Assembly: GCA_021325135.1 (NCBI GenBank)
Contig: JAJPHT010000021.1
Location: 1 to 57,391 of the forward strand
Source: Pseudomonadota bacterium
Lineage (GTDB): Archaea; Thermoplasmatota; SW-10-69-26; JACQPN01; JAJPHT01
Direction: 5' to 3'
DNA: 57,391 nucleotides
Both the position numbers and the translations under genes were made by a program. The notes below the pieces were generated by a model, which saw nothing but the letters and a program-made list of their open reading frames with translations, did not search any database and was not told where the DNA came from. Positions 37,448 to 49,261 of this stretch are shown in pieces. The first letter of the stretch is position 1; the number at the start of each line of letters is the position of its first letter.

Positions 37448-39076
37448 CTACTCCTTCGGGTGCCTCGCCTCGACGCGCCGCCGCGCCGCCTCCACGAGCC
37501 CCGCGAAGGTGGGAGCGGGCCGCTCGGGCCGGCTCTTGAACTCGGGGTGGAACTGCGAGGCCACGAAGTAGGGGTGGTCGGGAAGCTCCAGCATCTCCAT
37601 CAGCTCGCCCGAGGGGTCGCGGCCGGTGTAGCGCAGGCCCGCGCCCTCCAGCTTGGAGATGTAGCCCGGGTTCACCTCCCAGCGGTGGCGGTGGCGCTCG
37701 TAGATGACGTCCGCGTGGTAGAGCTGCGCGACGCGGCTGCCGTGGGCGAGGCGCACCTCGCTGGCGCCCAGGCGCATGGTGGCGCCCTTGGCCTCGTCCG
37801 CCGTGTGGCCCGGCAGCAGGTCGATGACGGGGTGCTGCGTGGTGGGGTTGATCTCGGTGCTGTTGGCGTCCGCGAGGCCCAGCACGTGCCGCGCGTACTC
37901 GGCCGTCGCAAGCTGGAAGCCGAAGCAGATGCCCAGGAAGGGGACCTTCTTCTCGCGGGCGAAGCGGATGGCCGCGATCTTGCCCTCCGCGCCGCGGGGC
38001 CCGAAGCCGCCGGGCACGAGCACGCCGTCCAGCGAGCCCAGGATGTCGGCGGGGTCCGTCGCGCGCTCGACGTCCTCGGCGTCGATCCAGCGCACGACGA
38101 CCTTGGTGTCCTGCGCGGCGCCCGCGTGGACGAACGCCTCCTTGATGCTGAGGTACGCGTCGGCGAGGTCCGTGTACTTCCCCACGACGCCGATGGTGAC
38201 GTGGTGCGTGGGCGCGACGACGCGGTCGACGAACGTCTTCCACGCGCCCATGTCGCGCCCCTCGGGGTGGAGGTCGAGGCGCTTGACGATCCAGTCCGCG
38301 ACGCCCTGCTCCTCCAGGAGCAGCGGGACCTCGTAGATGGTGCGCGCGTCGGGGGCCGAGATCACGGCCTCCTTGTCGACGTCGCAGAAGTTGGCCAGCT
38401 TCTCGCGCACTTTGGGGTCCAGGCGCGTCTCGCTGCGGCACACCAGCATGTCGGGGTGGAGACCGACGCGGCGCATCTCCATGACGCTGTGCTGCGTAGG
38501 CTTCGTCTTCTGCTCGCCCACGGCGCCCATGACGGGGACCAGCGTCGTGTGGACGAACATCATGTTCTTGTGGCCCACTTCGAGGTGGAGCTGGCGGAGC
38601 GCTTCGAGGAAGGGCGCGCTTTCGATGTCGCCCACGGTGCCGCCCACCTCCACGAGGCAGACGTCGGCGTCCGCGGCCTTGGCGGCGCGCTTGATGTGGT
38701 CGCGGATCTCGTTGGTGACGTGGGGGATGATCTGCACGGTCTTGCCCAGGTAGTCGCCGCGGCGCTCGCGGTCGATGACGGCCTTGTACGCCTTGCCGGT
38801 GGTGATGTTGTTGGCGCGCCCCATGGGCAGGTCGAGGAAGCGCTCGTAGTTGCCCAGGTCCTGGTCCACCTCGCCGCCGTCGTCGAGGACGAAGACCTCG
38901 CCGTGCTCGAAGGGGTTCATCGTGCCCGCGTCGATGTTGACGTAGGGGTCGATCTTCACCGCGGCCAGCTTGAGGCCGCGGCTCTTCAGCAGCTTTCCGA
39001 TGGAAGAAGTCGTGATGCCCTTTCCGAGCCCGGAGAGGACGCCGCCCGTCACGACGATGTACTTCGTCGGCTTCAC
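37448..39076 (-). CDS. pyrG: CTP synthase
   Basis: [30 protein letters not shown]. Confidence 0.98.
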   Translation of the reverse strand: MKPTKYIVVTGGVLSGLGKGITTSSIGKLLKSRGLKLAAVKIDPYVNIDAGTMNPFEHGEVFVLDDGGEVDQDLGNYERFLDLPMGRANNITTGKAYKAVIDRERRGDYLGKTVQIIPHVTNEIRDHIKRAAKAADADVCLVEVGGTVGDIESAPFLEALRQLHLEVGHKNMMFVHTTLVPVMGAVGEQKTKPTQHSVMEMRRVGLHPDMLVCRSETRLDPKVREKLANFCDVDKEAVISAPDARTIYEVPLLLEEQGVADWIVKRLDLHPEGRDMGAWKTFVDRVVAPTHHVTIGVVGKYTDLADAYLSIKEAFVHAGAAQDTKVVVRWIDAEDVERATDPADILGSLDGVLVPGGFGPRGAEGKIAAIRFAREKKVPFLGICFGFQLATAEYARHVLGLADANSTEINPTTQHPVIDLLPGHTADEAKGATMRLGASEVRLAHGSRVAQLYHADVIYERHRHRWEVNPGYISKLEGAGLRYTGRDPSGELMEMLELPDHPYFVASQFHPEFKSRPERPAPTFAGLVEAARRRVEARHPKE

Positions 39077-39214
39077 GGGAACCGACGATTCCCCCTCCCG
39101 CATTTAGCCTTTGGCCCGCGGGCGGCTGGATTTCCGGTGGAGAGTCTTCCACCGTCCGGATCGCGTCGCACCCAAGGGGCCAAACTCTCCGACGGGCCTG
39201 GGGGCGCGATTGCC

Positions 39215-40549
39215 ATGCGGACCCACTTCCTTCTCGCCCTCCTCCTCGCGCTGCCCGTCGCCGCGCAGCCCACTGCCGGGCGCGCCCCCGCCGCGGCGGA
39301 CGTCTCGCACGCGTGCGCGCTCCTCGTCTGGCAGGCGGACAACCGGGACTCGGCCGGCTTCAAGGCGGACGTGGTCGCGCTTGCGGGAACGCTCGCCGCC
39401 GCGGGGTGGGACGCGAAGCGCATCGTGCCGGCGCCCGTGCCGGGAGGATTCAACGAGGACACGCTGAGCACGCTGATGACGCAGGCCTTCGGCGCCCCAT
39501 GCGGCGACGCCGACGCGAAGTTGTTCTATTACAGCGGGCACGGAGGGAGCCTGATGCAGGACCTGGGCGTGGTGGACGAGAGCGGCGCCGCGCCCCAGGA
39601 CGACGGCTCCGACGAGAGGATTTCCATTGTCGACCGCGACGACACCTTCACGCCGCTCTGGGCCGGCGTCGGCGGGACGAAGATCCTGCTCTACGACGCC
39701 TGCTCGGCGGGAGGGATGTTCGACGGTGCGGCCGATCCCTACTTCGAAGGCTCCACGTGGGCCATGGGCGCCACGGGGGCCGGCGACGCCGCGTGGGGGG
39801 ACCAGGCGGGCGGCGGGGTCTTCTCGCGCGTCCTGCGCGCCGCGCTGGCGGGAGGCGCGGCGAAGGACGCGAACGGCGACCTCACCCTGGACGCGGTGTG
39901 GGACTACGTGGACGCCCAGATGCGCTCGCCCGCGGTCTTCGACGTGTTCTTCCAGACGCCCGTCCACCGCTTCTCCAGCGGCGCGTCCCCCGTGCTGGGC
40001 CACGTGCCGGCCGCGGGCGCCCCCGCCGGTCCGCTGCCCGCGCTGGAGAAGGGGCGCAAGCGTTGCAGCGACTCGGAGCCCTTCCTGGGCGACGGCGGGA
40101 GAAGCTTCCGCGCAACGCGGACCTACGATCTCGACCTGCCCGACCCCGCCGGCATGGCGAGCCTCAGCGGCCCCGAAATCCCGGGCGACGGCTCGGTGGA
40201 CGTCGGAGGGGTCTTGTGGGAAGGCGGGCTCGACCCCTCCCACGTCCTTCACGGGGGCGATCCCGCGCTGGACCTGCTCGTGAGGCCGGGGACCGCCGCG
40301 TTCACGCTCGACGTCCACGACGACGCGTGGGGCTTGTCCGTCGGCGCGATGGCCTGCACGGACGTGGACGGCGATGGCACCAGCTGCGACGCCTCGAAGG
40401 GCGAGATGCTCCTCCCGTTCTGCGGAAGCGCCTCGGGAACCCTCGACCCGGAGGCCGTCGACAGCCTCGTCGTGTTCCTGGGCCCGACCTGCGATGGGGT
40501 CCACCACCCCATCCACGGGAGCGTGACGTTATCACTCCAGTTCAGTTGA
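39215..40549 (+). CDS. Secreted caspase-like (peptidase C14) protein with Cys-containing C-terminal domain
   Basis: Signal peptide MRTHFLLALLLALPVAA; FYYSGHG, DGSDE and LYDACSAGG His-Cys dyad motifs; GVFS..L. Confidence 0.8.
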   Translation: MRTHFLLALLLALPVAAQPTAGRAPAAADVSHACALLVWQADNRDSAGFKADVVALAGTLAAAGWDAKRIVPAPVPGGFNEDTLSTLMTQAFGAPCGDADAKLFYYSGHGGSLMQDLGVVDESGAAPQDDGSDERISIVDRDDTFTPLWAGVGGTKILLYDACSAGGMFDGAADPYFEGSTWAMGATGAGDAAWGDQAGGGVFSRVLRAALAGGAAKDANGDLTLDAVWDYVDAQMRSPAVFDVFFQTPVHRFSSGASPVLGHVPAAGAPAGPLPALEKGRKRCSDSEPFLGDGGRSFRATRTYDLDLPDPAGMASLSGPEIPGDGSVDVGGVLWEGGLDPSHVLHGGDPALDLLVRPGTAAFTLDVHDDAWGLSVGAMACTDVDGDGTSCDASKGEMLLPFCGSASGTLDPEAVDSLVVFLGPTCDGVHHPIHGSVTLSLQFS

Positions 40550-40552
40550 GCC

Positions 40553-40705
40553 TCAGGGCCGCAGCGGCGAGGTGCCGCGCTCCAGGTGGGCGTACGAGGT
40601 CTTCCCGCTTCCCACGTGCTGGCCCTCCGCCGGAGTGGTGGGGACGAGGGAGAGGGACGCCACGAGAAGAAGGGCGCACATGAGGGCCTTGACCCGCGGA
40701 TTCAC
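40553..40705 (-). CDS. Short signal-peptide ORF (50 aa), possible gene remnant
   Basis: GTGA overlap with the glpD stop; VNPRVKALMCALLLVASLSLVPTTPAEG. Confidence 0.35.
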   Translation of the reverse strand: MNPRVKALMCALLLVASLSLVPTTPAEGQHVGSGKTSYAHLERGTSPLRP

Positions 40706-42288
40706 CCCTGCCGCCACGCGTGCCGCTGCGCCAGCGCGGCGCGGTAGCGCCCCTCGTCCTCCTCGCGCTCCTTGGCGGAGCGCCCCAGCATGGCGTCGAG
40801 GCGGTCCAGCACGACGGGGAGCGCGTCGAGCCCTTGGCACGCCTCCCAGCCGCAGCGCGTCCGGCGCAGGAGCACGTCGCCCGCGCTGCGCGCCATCTCG
40901 CCCTCCACGGCGTGGTCCACCTCGGCCTCGATCGTGGGCGCGTGGGGGCAGAGGAGGCGCCCCTTGGCGGGCTCGCGCTGGACGCGGTCCATGATATCGT
41001 GCGAGAGCGCGCCGTAGGTGGTGGCCAGCGTGCGCGCGACGCCGGGAGGCAGATGCAGGTCCCCCGCGCGGACCTCCAGCTCCCGCACCAGGGCGGGGAG
41101 GCTCCGGGGCGCGCCGGGAAGGGGCGCGCGGGCGGTGTCGCTGCGCGTGCCGGGCGCCACGCGGTCGACGACCTCCTCGCAGACGCGGCGGTAGGGCGTG
41201 ATCTTGCCGCCCACCAGCGAGAGGAGGCCCGGCTCGTGCTGGAGGATCTGGTGCCTGCGCGAGACCTCGGACTCGGTCTTGCCCTCCTCGAAGACGAGGT
41301 TGCGCACGCCGGCGTAGGAGCCCAGCACGTCCTCCACGGGCGCGTGGGGGAGCGCCTGGCGGATGCCGCGCTGGAGGTAGGTCACGTCGTCGGCGTCGGC
41401 GGCGACGGCGTCGGGGTCGTCGTCGAAGTCCCGGTCGGTGGTGCCCACCAGCTGGTGGCCCAGCCACGGGATGCTGAAGAAGACGCGGTCGTCGTCGGGG
41501 CTGAAGAGGAGGATGGCGTGGCGCGTCGCGCGGGGCGTCACGATGTGCGTGCCCTTGGTCATGCGGCTGCGCACGGGGGGCAGGCCCGGCGCGCGGTCGA
41601 GCCAGGGGCCCGTGGCGTTGACGACGTGGCGCGCGCGCAGGGAGCGGACGCTGCCGTCCAGCGCGTCGCGGACGCGCGCGACGAACGCGGAGCCGACGCC
41701 GCGCTCCAGCCCCTCCAGCGTGGCGTGGTTGAGGCAGACCGCGCCGTGGGCCGCGGCGTCGAGGACGTTCTCCACGCAGAGGCGCTCGACCAGCTCCACC
41801 TGCCCGTCGCCGTAGGACGCGCCGCCGCGCAATCCCTCGGGGGAGAGGCCCGGCTCCAGCGCCAGCAGCTCCTCCTTGCCGAACACCTGGTGGGAGGGGA
41901 TGATGCTCTTGCCCGCCAGGGCGTCGTAGAGGTGGAGGCCCACCTTGAGCATCCACGGCGGCGTGCGTTGGCCCCGGTAGAACGGGATGAGGAACGTGAG
42001 GGGGTGGACGAGGTGCGGCGCGTTGCGGAAGAGGAGCTCGCGCTCGTGGAGGCTCTCGCGCACCAGGCCGAAGTCGTACATGGCGAGGTAACGCAGGCCG
42101 CCGTGGATGAGGCGCGTGCTGCGGCCCGTGGTGCCGTAGCCGAAGTCCTCCTTCTCCACGAGGGCGACCGAGAGGCCGCGGCGCGCGGCGTCGCGCGCAA
42201 CGCCCGTGCCGTTGATGCCGCCGCCCACCACGAGGAGGTCGAAGACGCGCCCCTCCAGGGCGGCCGGGCGGCGCGGGAGCGGAGGCAT
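40702..42288 (-). CDS. glpD: FAD-dependent glycerol-3-phosphate dehydrogenase
   Basis: GGGING, STRLIHGGLRYL, NATGPW, GGKIT.YR. Confidence 0.93.
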   Translation of the reverse strand: MPPLPRRPAALEGRVFDLLVVGGGINGTGVARDAARRGLSVALVEKEDFGYGTTGRSTRLIHGGLRYLAMYDFGLVRESLHERELLFRNAPHLVHPLTFLIPFYRGQRTPPWMLKVGLHLYDALAGKSIIPSHQVFGKEELLALEPGLSPEGLRGGASYGDGQVELVERLCVENVLDAAAHGAVCLNHATLEGLERGVGSAFVARVRDALDGSVRSLRARHVVNATGPWLDRAPGLPPVRSRMTKGTHIVTPRATRHAILLFSPDDDRVFFSIPWLGHQLVGTTDRDFDDDPDAVAADADDVTYLQRGIRQALPHAPVEDVLGSYAGVRNLVFEEGKTESEVSRRHQILQHEPGLLSLVGGKITPYRRVCEEVVDRVAPGTRSDTARAPLPGAPRSLPALVRELEVRAGDLHLPPGVARTLATTYGALSHDIMDRVQREPAKGRLLCPHAPTIEAEVDHAVEGEMARSAGDVLLRRTRCGWEACQGLDALPVVLDRLDAMLGRSAKEREEDEGRYRAALAQRHAWRQG

Positions 42289-42312
42289 TCCGCGGCGTCC
42301 AGGGGCGTCCGG

Positions 42313-42795
42313 CTATTCAACGTGCCGGGTCGGCGCGGCGTCCCAGATGGCGTGCCGCGCGCTCATCTCCCCGCTCTCCAGGTCCAGCACGAGGTAGGGC
42401 GCCTCGCCCTGCGAGCCGCGGATGCGTCCGGTGCTGGCGGCCAGGTCGCCGATCTCCGCGCGGGCGCCGGGCCGCACGACGTAGGCCGCGTCCCTCGCCA
42501 GCGGATCGGACGTGAGAAGCATCTGCCGGCCGCCCGCCACGAGCCGGCGCGGCGCCGCGGCGTGGCGGAGATAGGCGACGTCGGCGCGCTCCAGGCCCAC
42601 GGGGTCCTTGAGGAGGGCGCGGTCCTCCGGGCCCGCGATGAGCGTCACGCGCCTGCGGCGCATCAGCTCCAGGGCGCTCGCGCCCGCGTTGCCGAGGCAG
42701 ACGGCCTCGCATTCGCCCAGCCGTGCCGCAGATTGCAGCAGGGCCTCCAGGGCGGCGCGCTCGCCCGCGAGGTCCGCGAAGAGCGCGAGCTTCAC
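42313..42795 (-). CDS. Degenerate calcineurin-like metallophosphoesterase homologue
   Basis: KLALFADLAGE.AALEA.L, VCLGN, IAGPED, APYLVLD; metal ligands substituted. Confidence 0.6.
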   Translation of the reverse strand: MKLALFADLAGERAALEALLQSAARLGECEAVCLGNAGASALELMRRRRVTLIAGPEDRALLKDPVGLERADVAYLRHAAAPRRLVAGGRQMLLTSDPLARDAAYVVRPGARAEIGDLAASTGRIRGSQGEAPYLVLDLESGEMSARHAIWDAAPTRHVE

Positions 42796-42876
42796 GCGGC
42801 CCCCACGGCGCGGCCCCGAAAAGCCCTTTGGCGGGGTGCGGCAAAAGTTTTGGAGGAGGCGCAGCTTCCAGCGCTC

Positions 42877-43386
42877 GTGGCCGAGCCCCACCCCCGCGAC
42901 GACGACCCCGAGGCGCCCCTGGAGCCCGTGCGCGAGCAGGCCCACGAAGAGGCGGGCCTCCAGGAGCGCGTGGCGGCGCTGGAGGCGCGGGAGAGGGAGC
43001 TTCTGGATCGCCTCGCGCGCCTCCAGGCGGACTTCGAGAACTTCCGCCGCCGCTCCCGCGAGGAGGCCGCGCAGGCCGCCGGCCGCGGCAAGGAGGCGCT
43101 GCTGAAGGCGCTCCTCCCCGCGCTGGACAGCCTGGACCGCGCCCTGGCGCACGCCGAGGACGCGGGGCTCAAGGCCATCGCGCGCCTGCTCGCGCAGTCC
43201 CTCGCCGAGCAGGGCGTCGTCGTGCTGGACCCCGCGGGCGAGGCGTTCGACGCGCGCTGGCACGAGGCCGTCGCCCAGGAGCCGCGCGAGGGCGCCAAGC
43301 CCGGCACCGTCGTCGCCGTGCTGGAGAAGGGCTATGCGCTGGAGGGGCGCGTGCTGCGGCCCGCGCGCGTGGTCGTCGTCGCGTAG
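42877..43386 (+). CDS. grpE: Nucleotide exchange factor GrpE
   Basis: RLQADFENFRRR, LLPALDSLDRAL, KGY.L..RVLRPA.V. Confidence 0.95.
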   Translation: MAEPHPRDDDPEAPLEPVREQAHEEAGLQERVAALEARERELLDRLARLQADFENFRRRSREEAAQAAGRGKEALLKALLPALDSLDRALAHAEDAGLKAIARLLAQSLAEQGVVVLDPAGEAFDARWHEAVAQEPREGAKPGTVVAVLEKGYALEGRVLRPARVVVVA

Positions 43387-43455
43387 GCAGGCGTGCGGCC
43401 ATCCAGGCGCGCGCCCCCGCGAGGCTTATCTCCCATCCCCGCCCCGGGGCACGGC

Positions 43456-43656
43456 ATGGCGAACCTCGTGGGCGACGCGCCCGCCGTGCAGCTCTGGGTC
43501 CCGTGGTGCTTCCGTTGCGACGCGCCCATGCAGACGCTGGCGGAGCCCGGCTACGAAGGGCGCCCGCCCCGCTCCATCTCCTTCCCCGTGCGGACGTGCC
43601 GCGCCTGCGGCGTCGCCCGCGCCGTCGCGCGCGTGCCGTGGGTCGTCGTCTCGTGA
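43456..43656 (+). CDS. Small Zn-ribbon protein (66 aa)
   Basis: CFRC...CRACG; CTTATC box ~25-30 nt upstream. Confidence 0.7.
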   Translation: MANLVGDAPAVQLWVPWCFRCDAPMQTLAEPGYEGRPPRSISFPVRTCRACGVARAVARVPWVVVS

Positions 43657-43659
43657 GCC

Positions 43660-44103
43660 CTACGTCGTGGCGTTGAACTGGAGCGTGAGGGGGTCGCCGC
43701 GCCACGCGCCGATCCACGCCTCGCGGTACGTGCGCAGCGTCAGGTTCGTCGCGCTGCCCAGGTCGACGACGAGCGCGCCGTTGCCGTCCACGCGCCCTCC
43801 CTCCGCGGCGATGCGCCCGCCCGCGCCGGCCGTGTGGACGATGGTCGCCTGCCAGTGGCCCGGGGAGCCGTAGAGCATCGCCGTGAACGCGGAGCCCTGG
43901 ACGTCGAAGCTCCCGCGGTCCACGGGGGAGGGCCCGGGGGGCGACGCAAGCTCGGGGCGCACCGGCAGCGCGGCGGGGCCCACGGGCTCCCACCCCAGGG
44001 CCGTGGCCGCGATGCCCGAGACGGCGCCCACCACGAGCAGGACGGCGACGATGCCCAGGGCGCGCTGGCGAGGGGTCACGCGCCTGGGAGCGCCGAGGAC
44101 CAT
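43660..44103 (-). CDS. Hypothetical single-TM protein
   Basis: N-terminal TM helix followed by a beta-rich domain; host-like codons. Confidence 0.6.
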   Translation of the reverse strand: MVLGAPRRVTPRQRALGIVAVLLVVGAVSGIAATALGWEPVGPAALPVRPELASPPGPSPVDRGSFDVQGSAFTAMLYGSPGHWQATIVHTAGAGGRIAAEGGRVDGNGALVVDLGSATNLTLRTYREAWIGAWRGDPLTLQFNATT

Positions 44104-44139
44104 GAGAAGCCTGCGCAAGCCGCCCCGCACCCGTTACGC

Positions 44140-44161
44140 TTTTGTAGAAGACCTCGCTTAG
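44140..44161 (+). promoter_or_regulatory. TATA-like box plus putative heat-shock element (dnaK)
   Basis: TTTTGTAGAAGACCTCGCTTAG; 19/22 identical to 21326-21347. Confidence 0.7.
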
Positions 44162-44176
44162 TCGGCCAGGATCCCC

Positions 44177-46106
<1,930 letters not shown>

Positions 46107-46120
<14 letters not shown>

Positions 46121-46661
46121 GGGGCTGGCCACCGTCCGCCTCGCGCCCCTGCGCGACCTCCCCCTTCCCCAGCGCGCGCCCGGCGAGGGCGAGCCACGCC
46201 ACCACCAGCACCATCACCGGGTAGAGCGCCCACGCGGGCACGAAGGGCGCGATGAAGGAGAACCCGCCCAGCGCGAGGCCCATCACCGCCGTGGCGAGGC
46301 CGAACGCGCCGCCGTTCTGCCATGCGACCTCCACGAGCCAGACCATGGCGCAGACGTGGAGGCCGTAGCGGAGCGCCATGAGGAGGGCGAAGGTGGCGTC
46401 GCCCGGCGCGGCGCCCGCGTTCAGCGCGGCGACGTTCAGGATGATGTCGCCCGTCGCCCAGGCGTAGCCGCCGACGCGGGCCCAGGCCGGAGCGGCGAGG
46501 GCGGCGACGACCGGCAGGAGCGCGGCGTGGGCGAGGACGCCCAGGACGGCCTTCACCTCGGTGAAGGCGGGCGTCGAGGGGAGGCCGAAGGAGGCGAACA
46601 TCAGGGCGAAGAGGAGGGCCGCCAGGAAGGCGGCGCGGGAGGCGAAGCGTGTCGCGGACAT
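46107..46661 (-). CDS. Hypothetical membrane protein
   Basis: About 6 TM helices. Confidence 0.7.
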
Positions 46662-46688
46662 GCGCCACGCCGAAGCGCGCTGGAGGGC

Positions 46689-47615
46689 TTAATCCGCGGC
46701 CACGGGCCGCTGTGCATCCGCGACAGCGCGCTCCAGGAAGGCGTCGAAGGCCTTGGGGTGGAGGAAGTCGCGCATGAGGACCATCTCCACGCGGCCGACG
46801 CCCGGCTCCTTCTGGGCCGCGGCGCGGCGGCGCTCCGCCTGGTCGAGGTTCGGCATGGGCGCGGCCACCTGGGGCGGGACGCCGGGGCCAAAGGGGCCCA
46901 GGACGCGATCCGGGAAGGCGCGCTCCAGCCCCGCGCTGGCGCGCTCGTCGCCCTCGGCCGCGATGTACTCCACGAGGAGCGCGCCCTCGATGCGGGCCAG
47001 CGAGACGCGGGGGACCATGCCGCCGGCGCCCTCAGCCTGGAGGCGCTGCATGCGGCGCTCCAGCGTGCGCGTGGAGACGCGCGCCTCCTTGGCGATGGAG
47101 GCCACGGAGCGCGCGGGGCCGTGGCGCAGCGCGCGGAGGATCCGCGCGTCCATGGGCGCCAGGGGCTTGCGCGGCCCCGGCGGCGGGGGCGCGACGTAGC
47201 TCTCCCAGACGCGCGCGGCGCCCAGGGCGCGCCCGATGCGCTCCGCCAGGGCGCGCGCCTCGCCCTGGTGCCAGACGTGCATGAAGACGAGGCCGTGGGC
47301 GAGGATCGCCAGCTCGACGCCCGGGAACGGCTCCAGCGCGCGCTCCAGGTCCTCGGGCGCGGCGGGGGTCACGCCGTCGAAGCCGAACCCCATGCGGCCG
47401 TGGCCCAGGAAGGCGTGCCGCGGGTGGAACGCGGAGCCCTGGAGGACCCCGCCCTCGCGAAGCGCGGCGAGGCGCGCGTGGATGGAGTTGCGATGGAGCC
47501 CCGTGCGCGCGGCCAGCTCCCGCACCGGCGCCTTCAGGGGGCCCCGGGCGAAGTTGCCCGCGTCCCACCGGAACAGCTCGCGCAGGATCAGCCAGTCGGC
47601 GTCGTCGAGGCGCAT
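46689..47615 (-). CDS. Lrp/AsnC-type regulator with duplicated wHTH
   Basis: LDDADWLILREL...ELAARTGLHRNSI..RL and MDARILRAL...IAKEA.VS.RT..RRM. Confidence 0.8.
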   Translation of the reverse strand: MRLDDADWLILRELFRWDAGNFARGPLKAPVRELAARTGLHRNSIHARLAALREGGVLQGSAFHPRHAFLGHGRMGFGFDGVTPAAPEDLERALEPFPGVELAILAHGLVFMHVWHQGEARALAERIGRALGAARVWESYVAPPPPGPRKPLAPMDARILRALRHGPARSVASIAKEARVSTRTLERRMQRLQAEGAGGMVPRVSLARIEGALLVEYIAAEGDERASAGLERAFPDRVLGPFGPGVPPQVAAPMPNLDQAERRRAAAQKEPGVGRVEMVLMRDFLHPKAFDAFLERAVADAQRPVAAD

Positions 47616-48268
47616 CAGGCCACCACGAGCGCCAGCGCGAACCCGTCGTGCCCCTTGGAGCCCACCGTCTGGATCGCCGTCGCGCTCACCCTCGGCTCCC
47701 GTGATAGCATCTCCAGGAACGTCCGCGTCCCTCGCGCGCTGGGGTCGCCGCTCTCCGCGTCGAGGATGGCCCCTTCGCGCACGACGTTGTCGCCCACGAT
47801 GAGGCTCCCCTTGCGCGCGAGCCGGAGCGCCCACTCCAGGTACTGCGGGTTGTTGGGCTTGTCCGCGTCGAGGAACACGAGGTCGAAGGGCCCCTCCAGG
47901 GTGGGCAGGGTGTCCAGCGCGGGGCCGACCTTGACGTCCACGCGGTCCGCGAGCCCGGCGCGGGCGAGGTTCCGGCGCGCGACCTCGGCGTGCTTCGGGT
48001 CGGCCTCCAGCGTCACGAGGTGCCCGTCCTGCGGCAGGGCCCGCGCGAGCCAGATCGCGCTGTAGCCGCCCAGCGTGCCCACCTCCAGGATGCGCCGCGC
48101 GCCCATCGTGCGCGCCAGGAGATGCAGCATCTTCCCCTGGTTGGGCGCGACCTGGATGGCGGGGAGGCCCGCCTTCTCGCTCTCGCGCAGCGCCGCGGCC
48201 AGCGCCTCGTCGTGGGGCGCGAAGAGGGCGTCGAGGTGCGCGTCCACCGCGCTCCAGAGGTCCTGCAT
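47615..48268 (-). CDS. SAM-dependent O-methyltransferase (caffeoyl-CoA OMT-like)
   Basis: LEVGTLGGYSAIW, FLDADK, DNVVR.G. Confidence 0.92.
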   Translation of the reverse strand: MQDLWSAVDAHLDALFAPHDEALAAALRESEKAGLPAIQVAPNQGKMLHLLARTMGARRILEVGTLGGYSAIWLARALPQDGHLVTLEADPKHAEVARRNLARAGLADRVDVKVGPALDTLPTLEGPFDLVFLDADKPNNPQYLEWALRLARKGSLIVGDNVVREGAILDAESGDPSARGTRTFLEMLSREPRVSATAIQTVGSKGHDGFALALVVA

Positions 48269-48353
48269 GGCGGGCCCAACGCGGGCGAGGCGCATGAAGC
48301 GCCCGGCGTCCGCCGGCCCAGCCCTCAAGTGGCGGGACCCGGCTGCCTGCGTC

Positions 48354-49256
48354 GTGGCCGACGCCAAGCCTCCGCTCGCCTTCGCCGCGTGCTGCGCGGT
48401 GTGGGGCACGACGTTCCTCGCCATCAAGTCCAGCAACGACGCGCTGCCTCCCCTCTGGGGCGCCGCGCTGCGATTGGGGCTGGCGGCGCTCCTCCTAGGC
48501 GTTGCGTGGGCGTTCACGCGCGACCGGATGCCCCGCGGCCGCGCGCTGGGGATCGTGCTGGTCTTCGGCCTCCTGGACTTCGGCGTGAACCTGGGGCTCC
48601 TCTACTGGGGCGAGCGCTCGGTGCCTTCGGGCCTCGCGGCGGTGTTCTACGCCACGGTGCCCATCGCGACGCTGCTCCTGGCGCGGGCCGTGGGGCAGGA
48701 GACGCTTGACGCGTGGAAGCTCGCGGGCATGGTCGTCGCGCTGGCGGGCGTCGCGGTGGTCTTCGCCAGCGAGCTTGGCGCGCGGGCCGACCCGTGGGCG
48801 CTGGCGGCCGTGCTGGGCGCGGCCGTCTCGGCGGCGCTCTCCTCCGTGGTGCTGCGCCTCGCGCCGCCCCAGCCCGTGCTGCCCACCGTCGCGCTGGGCT
48901 GCGGCGCGAGCGCGCTCCTCCTGGCGGGGGCGAGCCTCGCCACCCGCGAGAGCCTGGCGCTCCCCTCCTCGTGGAGCGGCTGGTGGCCGGTGGTCTACCT
49001 CGCGATCATGGGCAGCATCGTCGCCTTCGGCCTCTTCACCTGGCTCCTCACGAGGTGGCCCGCCAGCAGCGCGACGCTGGTGGGCGTCGTCGTCCCCGTG
49101 GTGGCCGTCGCCGTGGGCATCGTGGCGGGGGGCGAGCGCCTAGCGCCCACGACGCTCCTGGGCGGCGCGCTGGTGGTCGCGGGCGTGGCGGGCGCGCTGC
49201 TGCGGGCGAAGGCGGTGGAGCGGACCGCCCGGGACCCGTCAGCGCCCAGCCGGTAG
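48354..49256 (+). CDS. EamA/DMT family transporter
   Basis: VWGTTFLAIK; two EamA repeats. Confidence 0.9.
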   Translation: MADAKPPLAFAACCAVWGTTFLAIKSSNDALPPLWGAALRLGLAALLLGVAWAFTRDRMPRGRALGIVLVFGLLDFGVNLGLLYWGERSVPSGLAAVFYATVPIATLLLARAVGQETLDAWKLAGMVVALAGVAVVFASELGARADPWALAAVLGAAVSAALSSVVLRLAPPQPVLPTVALGCGASALLLAGASLATRESLALPSSWSGWWPVVYLAIMGSIVAFGLFTWLLTRWPASSATLVGVVVPVVAVAVGIVAGGERLAPTTLLGGALVVAGVAGALLRAKAVERTARDPSAPSR

Positions 49257-49261
49257 CCCTG

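Noticed and set aside
37460-39214. N-terminal part of the 1029-aa + strand ORF (37460-40549)
   Set aside because: It is the antisense shadow of pyrG; the real gene starts at ATG 39215 with a signal peptide
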